Shown: positions 50,380-59,923 of the stretch, one piece after another
Layout of the letters: the number at the start of each line of letters is the position of its first letter
How positions within the stretch are numbered: position 1 is the first letter of the stretch
Origin: Leptospira sp.
GTDB taxonomy: Bacteria > Spirochaetota > Leptospiria > Leptospirales > Leptospiraceae
NCBI GenBank assembly: GCA_034439575.1
Contig: JAWXAQ010000016.1
Span: 224,001 to 288,000, forward strand
Length of the DNA stretch: 64,000 bases
Reading direction: 5' to 3'
Translations under genes and position numbers: made by a program
Notes under the pieces: model-generated
The model's input: only the letters and a program-made list of their open reading frames with translations
What the model was told of the DNA's origin: nothing
Databases searched by the model: none

Positions 50380-51115
50380 GGAGAACCTCCTCTAAAAATC
50401 CTTCATATTCTTGAGATTGTCTCGAAGTGCGATTATAGTCATAAACTGATTTTTTTGCTAAATGACTTTCTCCAATGGCGACTCCATCCGAAATCGTATG
50501 GTCAAAAATCCTGAAATATTTGCCGAGAACTGGTAAAATTGTTTTGGTAAGTAGAGTTTGCGGTTTTAGCTGAGTGATTAACGCACCCAAAATTTCCAAA
50601 TCTGGATTGATCCTTTTTTTGATAGAGGATATGGTCTGTTGGAGTCCCATAATTCCATCCATCGAAAATTTCTCTGCTTGGAGAGGGATCAAAACATAAT
50701 TTGAGGCAACCAAACTATTGACTGTAAAAATTGAAAGAGAAGGTGGACAGTCAATGATCGCAAAATCGAAGTCTTTTAAATCCTGGAGCGAGTCCCGCAG
50801 AATATAAGGAGCTTCCACGGAATTAACAGAAACCGTTTCCATTTCCGCCAAGCGCATGCTAGATGGAGCTATCCACAAATATTCGTTATACGCCGGGATG
50901 ATGATATCTTTTATTTTCGCAGCGTTTTGAAATAAATGCGCAAGGTCTTTGTCGATGGTCTCTGGGTTTATAAAAATTCCCGTCGAGTTGGCTTGCGGGT
51001 CCATATCGATCAGAAGGGTTTTGTAATTTTTCCTAGCAAGTCCCATAGCAAGGTTGAGAGATGTAGTTGTTTTTCCTTCTCCGCCCTTTTGGTTTGCAAT
51101 TGCGATGGTGATCAT
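50363..51115 (-). CDS. parA: ParA family ATPase (origin locus)
   Basis: NQKGGEGKTT, IDMDPQANST, IIDCPPSL. Confidence 0.95.
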   Translation of the reverse strand: MITIAIANQKGGEGKTTTSLNLAMGLARKNYKTLLIDMDPQANSTGIFINPETIDKDLAHLFQNAAKIKDIIIPAYNEYLWIAPSSMRLAEMETVSVNSVEAPYILRDSLQDLKDFDFAIIDCPPSLSIFTVNSLVASNYVLIPLQAEKFSMDGIMGLQQTISSIKKRINPDLEILGALITQLKPQTLLTKTILPVLGKYFRIFDHTISDGVAIGESHLAKKSVYDYNRTSRQSQEYEGFLEEVLRELKK

Positions 51116-51222
51116 AGGCCTCTAATTCCTTCTCTTTTGGTATGGTTTTGATGGAAAATACTTCTAGCAATTGAAATTTCAAAATTGTATAAAAAAAGAA
51201 ATTTTGTCTGCATCTCCTTTAT

Positions 51223-51289
51223 TGTCGGACATCCGACATACCAAAAATTAGAAAAAAGTATCTGTTGGATTTGTGTCGGACATCCGACA
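51223..51289. promoter_or_regulatory. Two identical 16-bp palindromes; parS candidates
   Basis: TGTCGGA-CA-TCCGACA at 51223-51238 and 51274-51289, upstream of parA. Confidence 0.65.
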
Positions 51290-51341
51290 TTCAAAACGGT
51301 ACGTACTTGACAAAGTGATTAAATTTAAACAGTTTCATAGC

Positions 51342-52667
51342 ATGCCATTCTCTGGCAAGTCAGCCATTTATTCTGCTGAAACAGGTAAGTCTTGGATAGA
51401 AAAAATCCTTCCCTTGGCCTGGGAAGAGTTATGTACAAGCATGGGAATCCTGGCGGGAGTCGTTGTCCTCAAGTCGTTTGAAGATGACTCTTTTATGGAG
51501 AGTGCTTCTTTCGGGTATGGTGAAGACGGATTTTATTATCCATTTTTGGCAAGAGGCGAATCCGAACTCGAAGAGGTAAAGTTGAGTTTAGGTCCAGTGA
51601 TGTTCTCTGGTGAAACGCACTCTTTGTTTTCGGAAGATGCTAATGCCTATGTGATGGGAATCCGATGTGAAAACCCATTAGAATTTTCAGGTTTCATACT
51701 TGCCGAGTTTCCAAAAAAAGATCAAAATTTTAGCCAACTCCTTTACCTTTTCGCTGAGAAAATAGCCAAAGAAATCGAATCTATTCATATTCAAAAAAAA
51801 TATATAAGCGAGCAGGCGATCACTCCGACGCCCCAAGAATCTCCATTTATAATCCATTTCATTTCAGGATTAAATCAAAAAATTGAGGCTTTAAAAAAAG
51901 AAGGGTATGTAAGTATTTTTGGTAAAAAAGGAACAGGAAAACGCACCCTTGCCAAGTGGATCCATAGCCAGACTCGACCTCATTCGCCTTGTTTATTTAT
52001 TAGTTCTATTCCCGATCATTTAGGAAAATTGGAAAAAGCAATCTCTCATTGGTCAGAAGAAATTGGCCGAGGAACCTTGGTGTTTTCAGGGCCCAAAAAA
52101 TGGAGTCTCGGGCAACAGAAAATCCTTTTGGATTGGGTTTCCACAAAGCTAGAATGCCAAATTTTATTCTTGGATGGTTTGGAGGAAGCAGAAGAATTGT
52201 TGCCAGCTTTCGGAAAGCACTTGCGCAAAAATAGCATCCAAGTTTCCGAATTATCCTTTTTTAATAAAACTGACATTCAAGAAATCGCGACTCGCATGTT
52301 TCAAGATTTGGCCCGTGAGCAAAATAGAAGTGGTCTTAGTTTAGATGCAAAAGCTTTAGATAGCATATGTGAACAAGATTTTCCAGGAAATTTTACTGAT
52401 TTGAAAAACCTTTTACTCTCTGGAATTTTGAAATGCAAAAGCAATATTGTCACCGAAACCGATCTTGATTTTAGTGATTCCCACCTTAATTTAGGCGTTC
52501 CCGATTCGGAAGATTTAGACTTGCGGAGAGGGATTCAGGCACTAGAAAGGCAGAAGATTCTAAATGCAAAACGGATATTCTCCGGCAACCAAATTCGAAT
52601 GGCAAAGGCTTTAGGAATCTCTCGCGGGGCTTTACAAAATAAAATGAAACAACTAGGCTTACTTTAA
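51342..52667 (+). CDS. Degenerate sigma-54-activator-like (AAA + Fis HTH) regulator
   Basis: GKKGTGKRTLAKWIH, FPGNFTDLKN, GNQIRMAKALGISRGALQNKMK; no GAFTGA. Confidence 0.8.
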   Translation: MPFSGKSAIYSAETGKSWIEKILPLAWEELCTSMGILAGVVVLKSFEDDSFMESASFGYGEDGFYYPFLARGESELEEVKLSLGPVMFSGETHSLFSEDANAYVMGIRCENPLEFSGFILAEFPKKDQNFSQLLYLFAEKIAKEIESIHIQKKYISEQAITPTPQESPFIIHFISGLNQKIEALKKEGYVSIFGKKGTGKRTLAKWIHSQTRPHSPCLFISSIPDHLGKLEKAISHWSEEIGRGTLVFSGPKKWSLGQQKILLDWVSTKLECQILFLDGLEEAEELLPAFGKHLRKNSIQVSELSFFNKTDIQEIATRMFQDLAREQNRSGLSLDAKALDSICEQDFPGNFTDLKNLLLSGILKCKSNIVTETDLDFSDSHLNLGVPDSEDLDLRRGIQALERQKILNAKRIFSGNQIRMAKALGISRGALQNKMKQLGLL

Positions 52668-52672
52668 TCTTT

Positions 52673-53677
52673 ATGGAAGAAACGGTTTACGAAGAGAGAA
52701 AAACTCCGGGTGGGTTTCTTGTAAAAGTGAGACTGTCAAAAATGACCTATGTCGTTTTTACAGAATCTGGGCCAGAAGTACCCAAAGGTGCCAAAAATAA
52801 TTCCATTGTATCCGTAGTTCCCAAAGTAGGTTTTTTTGGAACAGATTTTGATCTTTCTCATTTTCATTTGGGCGAATTATCTTTTGTAAACGTGAAAGCT
52901 GGTAAAATGGTGATCCCTTACCAACACGGATTTTCAAATGAAATCAAAACTATCTATCTGGGAACAGGTAGCCAAAGCGACGCGCTCCCTGTCGTCATTC
53001 AACATTTCAAAACCAAAGAAGCCTTGATGCAGGCCTGGGAGAAGGGAGAACAAGTTCAGTATCTAGTTGTAGATGAAGAGATACCAAGATCCGATATGGT
53101 GACTTTCAAAATCAGATACCCGAGCCTTAATATCTTAGTAATTAAGAAACGAATCAATACTTCTGCTGAATCGCAAGCGGCTAAACCAATCGGGAATAGT
53201 GACTCTGACAAAGGTATCGTGGACTATGATAAAGTCCGAGCCACGGATGTTGCCAAAAATGCAAATTTAAATATGTATAGCGAGAACCCAGTTTTTTTAG
53301 CTAGGATCCACCTTCGGAATGTTGAATTAGACAAGGTAAAACAATTGCTCTTGGACTTCAAATTGAGTGCGGAAGATGTTACATTTATCCGTACTTTTTT
53401 GGAAGTCATGATCAAAAATGAATACCAAAAACCAGAGCTTGAAAAATTAAAACCGCAATTGATCGCATTAAATGAAGCCTTTCGACTTTCCGTTTTAATT
53501 CTAGAATTTGGCATCGAAGCTTTCGAGAAAGAATTAGAAAAAGGATTCTCCTCGGAAATTTCTAGCATGATTTATGCGATGTTAGCTAAAGAACAAGAAG
53601 CCGCGACAGAAACTGAAAAAGAAATCGTGCTTTGGGAATGGAAACTAAGAACTCGAGAAATGATGTATGGCCGCTAA
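52673..53677 (+). CDS. Hypothetical protein
   Basis: 334-aa ORF directly after the regulator. Confidence 0.8.
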   Translation: MEETVYEERKTPGGFLVKVRLSKMTYVVFTESGPEVPKGAKNNSIVSVVPKVGFFGTDFDLSHFHLGELSFVNVKAGKMVIPYQHGFSNEIKTIYLGTGSQSDALPVVIQHFKTKEALMQAWEKGEQVQYLVVDEEIPRSDMVTFKIRYPSLNILVIKKRINTSAESQAAKPIGNSDSDKGIVDYDKVRATDVAKNANLNMYSENPVFLARIHLRNVELDKVKQLLLDFKLSAEDVTFIRTFLEVMIKNEYQKPELEKLKPQLIALNEAFRLSVLILEFGIEAFEKELEKGFSSEISSMIYAMLAKEQEAATETEKEIVLWEWKLRTREMMYGR

Positions 53678-53774
53678 TTTTTCCTCAAAATAGGTAAAAA
53701 AAGCTATCTTTTTAGGCAAAAACCTTCAAAATTGAGGAAAGTTGCTATGAAAATGCTCCAAACTTCACTAAAAT

Positions 53775-53790
53775 TGGCACGAAACTTGCT
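53775..53790 (+). promoter_or_regulatory. Sigma-54 (-24/-12) promoter
   Basis: TGGCACG-AAAC-TTGCT, exact match to TGGCACG-N4-TTGCW; predicted +1 near 53801. Confidence 0.75.
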
Positions 53791-53800
53791 GACCCAATTG

Positions 53801-54220
53801 GGCTTTGCTGGGCTAGTGTTTCTATTTTGTGGGAGTTCTATTTTTGCTAATGTTTCAGAAAAACCTATCATTATCCCTGCTGATCCCCTCCTAACTCCTG
53901 TTCAGTTAGTGAATGGTATCATTTCAGAAGTGACTGTCCCTTCAACTTCCATTGCAGTTATCGCACACGCTGACTTTTTCCCATCCAGTAAAATAACTGG
54001 GACAAAAGGGAACGGCAAAGTTAAATCTATTCGTTTAACGCATGAGACCTATTTTTCAAATTCCATTCGTTTAGAAAGCCCAGCAAGTGTGGATGATCTG
54101 AGAAATGAAAATGCTCCTTTTGGTTTTTTAGCCAAAAGGAGTATTTTTAAAATAAAATCTGACTTACGACAATCTGTGTTAAAATCGATTGCCAAGACAG
54201 GTCTTTTTGCTTTTTTTGAA
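53801..54220 (+). ncRNA. Putative structured leader/ncRNA
   Basis: 53805-53814 pairs with 54077-54086; 17-bp hairpin 54108-54147 with G-U pairs; further local stems; U-rich end. Confidence 0.45.
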
Positions 54221-54222
54221 AT

Positions 54223-54606
54223 ATGTCTCAGCCAAAGCGAGTTGCCTTCCAAAAATTTATCAATGCGATGCGAAAACTCTCAGTGGAAGTCAATGACACA
54301 GAGATCTGCAAACGCTTGGAAATCCTCATGGCCACTAGCAAAGATGACCTACCTATTGCCCAAGTCAATTTGCTCCTTGCTGACCCGAAAAGCTTCGACC
54401 CACGTGCCATCGCAGAGCCGTTTACGCAGTATGTCCGACACTTTATCTATATGGTCAAACGAAGTGGTAAGCTCCCAGCAGACCTCGCCGGCGATTCCTC
54501 AGCCACAACTGGAAGCAATCGCGGCCAAGATACAGCTAAATCCAAAAAGCTAGTTTCCGCCAAAAAGACCAATCCTCGCCCAAAAAAATCTCTCAAAACC
54601 AAATAA
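54223..54606 (+). CDS. Hypothetical protein with Lys-rich C-terminal tail
   Basis: 127-aa ATG ORF with protein-like helical N-domain. Confidence 0.7.
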   Translation: MSQPKRVAFQKFINAMRKLSVEVNDTEICKRLEILMATSKDDLPIAQVNLLLADPKSFDPRAIAEPFTQYVRHFIYMVKRSGKLPADLAGDSSATTGSNRGQDTAKSKKLVSAKKTNPRPKKSLKTK

Positions 54607-54609
54607 GGT

Positions 54610-55495
54610 ACTCCGACCTAGTTTTTACCTGCATCCAACAGCGCCCTATGCCTAGCACAGAAGCAAATAAGCAAAATCTATAGTTTTGTGTCTAAAGCAC
54701 ACAAAAGAAAGAAGATCGAATTCGATCTAAATAATTGCTTAGTTTTGGTCAATTATCTGCCAAAATCATGACTCGGTTGGATCTCCGTCTCGCTGTCTCG
54801 AATTCTTTGCCTGAATCTGGGCATATATGAATAATAATAAAAAACGGAATTTAAATGCCTAAGGAACAAGGCCAGAATTGGTCATTTGGATATCTGGCGA
54901 AGGGCAGTCACTAAAGAGAGGCCTATGCCGATTTTTCGGCCGCCGTTTTATCGCCAGATCATAGTTTTGTTCCTTCGATTGGGCATTTAGATTTTGAGCT
55001 TTTGGGTCTTTTTCAAAGTGGATTGGCTAAAGGAGCGAATCAAATTCAGATCATTCTTTTTTAGTGAATGCAGAAAGGAAGGTACATATTATTGCGATAA
55101 ATGTCAAAAAATCGGCAGTTAGCGCTCCTTCCTAATGAGAAAAATTCTCTGAATGTCTGATACTATGCCAGAAGCCAAAAGAGAGGAATTCCTTTCTGGC
55201 AAATCGCCATGATTCCATATATAAAGAAAAATGGTCAAAAATATGCTTCTGATTGGGACAGAATGTCGACATCCCTCAAATTTGAGTGGAATGAATGTAA
55301 ATGTCAAAAAATCGGCAACAGTGGGTTGATAATGGACGGGTTCCGCTGCATTTACGGGAGAATCCTGTATATCGGGGGATATTCGATCCAAAACATGACA
55401 AATTGACATGTGTATGCAATAGACAGAAGCATGAATATTTGTCAGGGATGAATAGTGCTTTACTTGGGCCGGCCACAGGCAGTAATCTCGCCCAA
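54610..55495 (+). ncRNA. Putative large structured non-coding RNA
   Basis: Many nested stems with + strand G-U pairs; no credible ORF over ~880 bp. Confidence 0.5.
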
Positions 55496-55710
55496 TGGCC
55501 GAAACAATAAGATTGCGTGTAAAATGCCACGCATGTTCCAATTTAATTGAAGGAAGTGCGAAGTATGGGTCCGGGCACTTTGTCCCTGAAGGGGTCGTAT
55601 TTGAGTTTGTAGCTGTGGGAAAGGTCGAAGGAGCCCAGGGGAAGCGAGTGAAGGCGGAAGTTACCTGCGTTTGCCCCAACTGCGGGGTAAAATGCAAATA
55701 CAATGTTTAA
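55495..55710 (+). CDS. Small zinc-ribbon protein
   Basis: CHAC ... CVCPNC cysteine motifs. Confidence 0.7.
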   Translation: MAETIRLRVKCHACSNLIEGSAKYGSGHFVPEGVVFEFVAVGKVEGAQGKRVKAEVTCVCPNCGVKCKYNV

Positions 55711-55784
55711 ATGCTTGATTCTAAGCATGAATATGCTCGATTTTCTTTCTACCTCTGAGCTAAACACAGGAGCTTGGCAGAAAA

Positions 55785-57287
55785 GTGCTTTTTAATAGTC
55801 CGATATATGTTATATTTGTAGGCGTTTTATTGCTTATGCATTGGTCATTAAAATGCCTTTATATGGGCGCAAATAGATCGCTGCCCAATAGCGTACAAGG
55901 AACTGCTGCTCTACCGGTCATTATATTGCTTATATTTAGTGGATTATTCTACTCGGCTTGGAATCCCACATACTTCGGCCTTCTAGTATGGGTTGCCGCT
56001 GTAGATTATAAAATAGCATTGCGTATTTATGCAGCCAAGACTGATTCCAAGAGAAAATTTTTACTAATTCTTTCTCTATCGAATAGCCTGGGGATCCTAT
56101 TTTTCTTTAAGTACTTTGGCTTTTTCCAAGAAAATCTCCTGGAAACCTTGCATATTTTGGGATTGAGTGCTCACTTTGAAATCATTCGTATTTTACTCCC
56201 TGTGGGAATTTCCTTTTATGTCTTCCAATCCGTTTCCTACATCGTAGATGTCTATCGGCGCAATATTTTGCCTGAGAAGAATTTGAGCCATTATTTACTA
56301 TTTCTTTCCTTTTTCCCGCAATTAGTGGCAGGCCCAATCGTAAATGCTAAGTCATTTTTGCCACAATTGAAAAATCTACTGCCCTTTTCCGAAATCCGAT
56401 GGAACTTTGCTCTTTTTCTCATACTACTCGGTGCTTTCAAAAAAGTAGTTATCGCAGACCATTTGGCTATCACTTCCGATTTTTCCTTTTCTCATGTCGG
56501 GGAGGTAAATAGGGAATTTTTGTGGATTGGCTTACTGTCCTACGCAGGTCAGATATATTGTGATTTTTCGGGGTATACTGATATTGCCCAAGGCACGGCA
56601 CTTATGTTCGGGTTTGAGCTACCTGAGAATTTTAGGATGCCTTATCTGGCTCGTGGGTTTTCTGACTTTTGGCGGAGGTGGCATATCTCGCTTTCTGATT
56701 GGTTGAAAAATTATTTGTACATACCTCTCGGTGGAAATCGTGCGGCAAAATTGGGCATATATAAGAATCTAATGGTGGTTATGCTACTTGGTGGGCTTTG
56801 GCATGGCGCAAATTGGAATTTTCTATTTTGGGGGGCTGGTCATGGATTTTTATTGGTCTGTGAGAGGTTGGTTCGAAATTTAAATATAAATACTAAATAT
56901 TTGGAAATCCGTCTGCTAATGCCAATTTATCATTTTATGTATACGGCTTTGACCTTTTTATGCGTATGTTTTCTTTGGGTATTCTTTCGTAGTCAGAATT
57001 TTAGTGATTCCCTGTGCTATCTACAGGGCCTTTTTGTGAAAAACGCTGATATTTCCATTCCTTATGCCCAATTGATGACAACATATTGGTGTTTTTTTGC
57101 GATGATTGTCGGTCATATCATAGGTCAAAAAATCTTTAAAAATAATGAATCTCTATCAATGAAGTTTGATGCTATGGAACAAACGGCTGTTAAAAAAATT
57201 GCACTTGGAGCCTTATATTCATTGGGTTTTATCGCTGTAGTGCTAATGTCTGGGAATGCTCTACCTTTTGTATATTTTGTATTTTAA
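55785..57287 (+). CDS. MBOAT family O-acyltransferase (AlgI/DltB-like)
   Basis: LPVGISFYVFQ, FFPQLVAGPI, DFSGYTDIA, FWRRWHISLS, GLWHGA. Confidence 0.95.
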   Translation: MLFNSPIYVIFVGVLLLMHWSLKCLYMGANRSLPNSVQGTAALPVIILLIFSGLFYSAWNPTYFGLLVWVAAVDYKIALRIYAAKTDSKRKFLLILSLSNSLGILFFFKYFGFFQENLLETLHILGLSAHFEIIRILLPVGISFYVFQSVSYIVDVYRRNILPEKNLSHYLLFLSFFPQLVAGPIVNAKSFLPQLKNLLPFSEIRWNFALFLILLGAFKKVVIADHLAITSDFSFSHVGEVNREFLWIGLLSYAGQIYCDFSGYTDIAQGTALMFGFELPENFRMPYLARGFSDFWRRWHISLSDWLKNYLYIPLGGNRAAKLGIYKNLMVVMLLGGLWHGANWNFLFWGAGHGFLLVCERLVRNLNINTKYLEIRLLMPIYHFMYTALTFLCVCFLWVFFRSQNFSDSLCYLQGLFVKNADISIPYAQLMTTYWCFFAMIVGHIIGQKIFKNNESLSMKFDAMEQTAVKKIALGALYSLGFIAVVLMSGNALPFVYFVF

Positions 57288-58825
57288 TGAAAAATAAATC
57301 CAAACAATATATTTTCCTTTTGTCCTTTGTTATGTTTTTGTTTGTATTTGATTTTTTATTTTTCCGTGAAGGACAATTCAGACTCCCGAATGAATCTCCT
57401 TGGAATACAAATCACTTTTTCAATTTCCTATATGAATATAAATATTTGCTTAGAACGAAGAAATCTAAGCCTAGAATTCTAATTCTTGGAAGTTCGATCG
57501 CCTATTATTCGTTTTCAGCGAATGAATTGAAAGAAGAATTGAATAAGATTACTGGCAAGGAATTTGAAATTTGTTTTTTAGCTTACGCGGGTAATAGTCC
57601 CTTGTATGTTTATTTGTTACTTGATTGGTTGTTTCCCTTGGAACCTGACCTTGTTATTTATCCTATCAATTTTATTGATTACCGATTGCACCGAACATAC
57701 GTTTTGTTCCCAGAGGGAAAAAATGAATCTGTAGATGAAGAGATACTTGTTCGGGATGCACTGACTTTTGCAGAAGCGCCACAGTCACTTTGGGTCTTCC
57801 CTTGGGAAACACTTATGGAAGTGGGAAAATCTATGACTGTGGATGAGAAGGCACGATACTTTTTAGCCAGCACATTTGGATTCTTCAGGTTTCAAGATAT
57901 TTACCTAACAAATCTGCAAAATTTGTACAACCATAGGTTTGGTCGGAACACCAGTTATCATGCCTATATGGGTGTAGATATCCCCGAGGGAATTAATACT
58001 TTGGGTTGGACGGGGAAAAAATTTTCGTTTTATCCAACGGAAAGAATGAAAAAGGATAATGCGGGATTTTGGATCGAAGTCACAACATTTTTGTTGAAGA
58101 AAGGCCCCGTGACTCTCACCTTCACAGATAAATTTGAGCGAAAACAAGTTCAGGTTTTGGACAAACCTGGTTGGTTACAAGTCCATTTAGATAAAAGTTT
58201 TTATGAAAATCCTAGTTTAGTCACCGCTGAACTTTCAGATGTTTGGTTTGCCAATGAGGCCGAGGGTGCCTATTTGGATTATCATTATGATCCAATGGGC
58301 GTTAGGCTACAGCAAAACTTTGGCTTAATCAATCCCATTCAAAACCAACAATACAGAAGGCCCGTTCGTTCAGAGGATTTACGGTATCTTGGTATGGGTG
58401 ATGCACAATATGAACGGTATTTTTATTACCGGCTACTTGAAGGATTAGAAAAACGTCCTGGAATCGGCTATCTCGTAGCATTAGAAAGGGCCAAAAAACG
58501 AATTGCCACAGAGAGTTTTCGACCCTTATTTCACTTGGGTTATTTGAAAAAAATTTCCGAAACATTTCAAAGAAAGGGAATTCCTTTGGTGGTGATAAAT
58601 AACCCAGAAAATCCTATCTCACTTTCCTGGTACAAAAACTCAAAATGGTATACAGATTACCTGATTTACTTGCAATCCTTGGAAACGGATAAGGTCCAAG
58701 TTTGGGATTTGAAAGAGGCTTTGCCCATGCAAGGATTCTCGGATTTTCATCATTTTACCTACGATGGAATGTTACAAATGAATTCGATTTATGCAAAACG
58801 AATCGGAAATCTCTTTTCTAAATAG
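57287..58825 (+). CDS. SGNH/DltD/AlgJ-like partner of the MBOAT
   Basis: N-terminal TM, LGSS and DxxH (DFHH) motifs; coupled to the MBOAT gene. Confidence 0.65.
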   Translation: MKNKSKQYIFLLSFVMFLFVFDFLFFREGQFRLPNESPWNTNHFFNFLYEYKYLLRTKKSKPRILILGSSIAYYSFSANELKEELNKITGKEFEICFLAYAGNSPLYVYLLLDWLFPLEPDLVIYPINFIDYRLHRTYVLFPEGKNESVDEEILVRDALTFAEAPQSLWVFPWETLMEVGKSMTVDEKARYFLASTFGFFRFQDIYLTNLQNLYNHRFGRNTSYHAYMGVDIPEGINTLGWTGKKFSFYPTERMKKDNAGFWIEVTTFLLKKGPVTLTFTDKFERKQVQVLDKPGWLQVHLDKSFYENPSLVTAELSDVWFANEAEGAYLDYHYDPMGVRLQQNFGLINPIQNQQYRRPVRSEDLRYLGMGDAQYERYFYYRLLEGLEKRPGIGYLVALERAKKRIATESFRPLFHLGYLKKISETFQRKGIPLVVINNPENPISLSWYKNSKWYTDYLIYLQSLETDKVQVWDLKEALPMQGFSDFHHFTYDGMLQMNSIYAKRIGNLFSK

Positions 58826-58862
58826 GCTAAAATTTATACCTTACGAATAGGTAAGGAATTTT

Positions 58863-59912
<1,050 letters not shown>

Positions 59913-59923
59913 GTTAATTTGCG

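Noticed and set aside
53732-54553. 273-aa ORF overlapping the 54223-54606 gene by 331 bp
   Set aside because: Not listed as a CDS: its start lies upstream of the predicted sigma-54 TSS and its C-terminal part is an off-frame overlap. It is kept only as an alternative to the RNA interpretation.
54610-55495. Group I/II intron, IS or CRISPR explanation for the structured region
   Set aside because: No interrupted host gene, no RT, endonuclease or transposase, no terminal inverted repeats; only two repeat copies with a 180-nt gap and no cas genes
55119-55703. 194-aa minus-strand ORF and short ORFs within the structured region
   Set aside because: Antisense to the Zn-ribbon gene, no recognisable motifs, atypical composition
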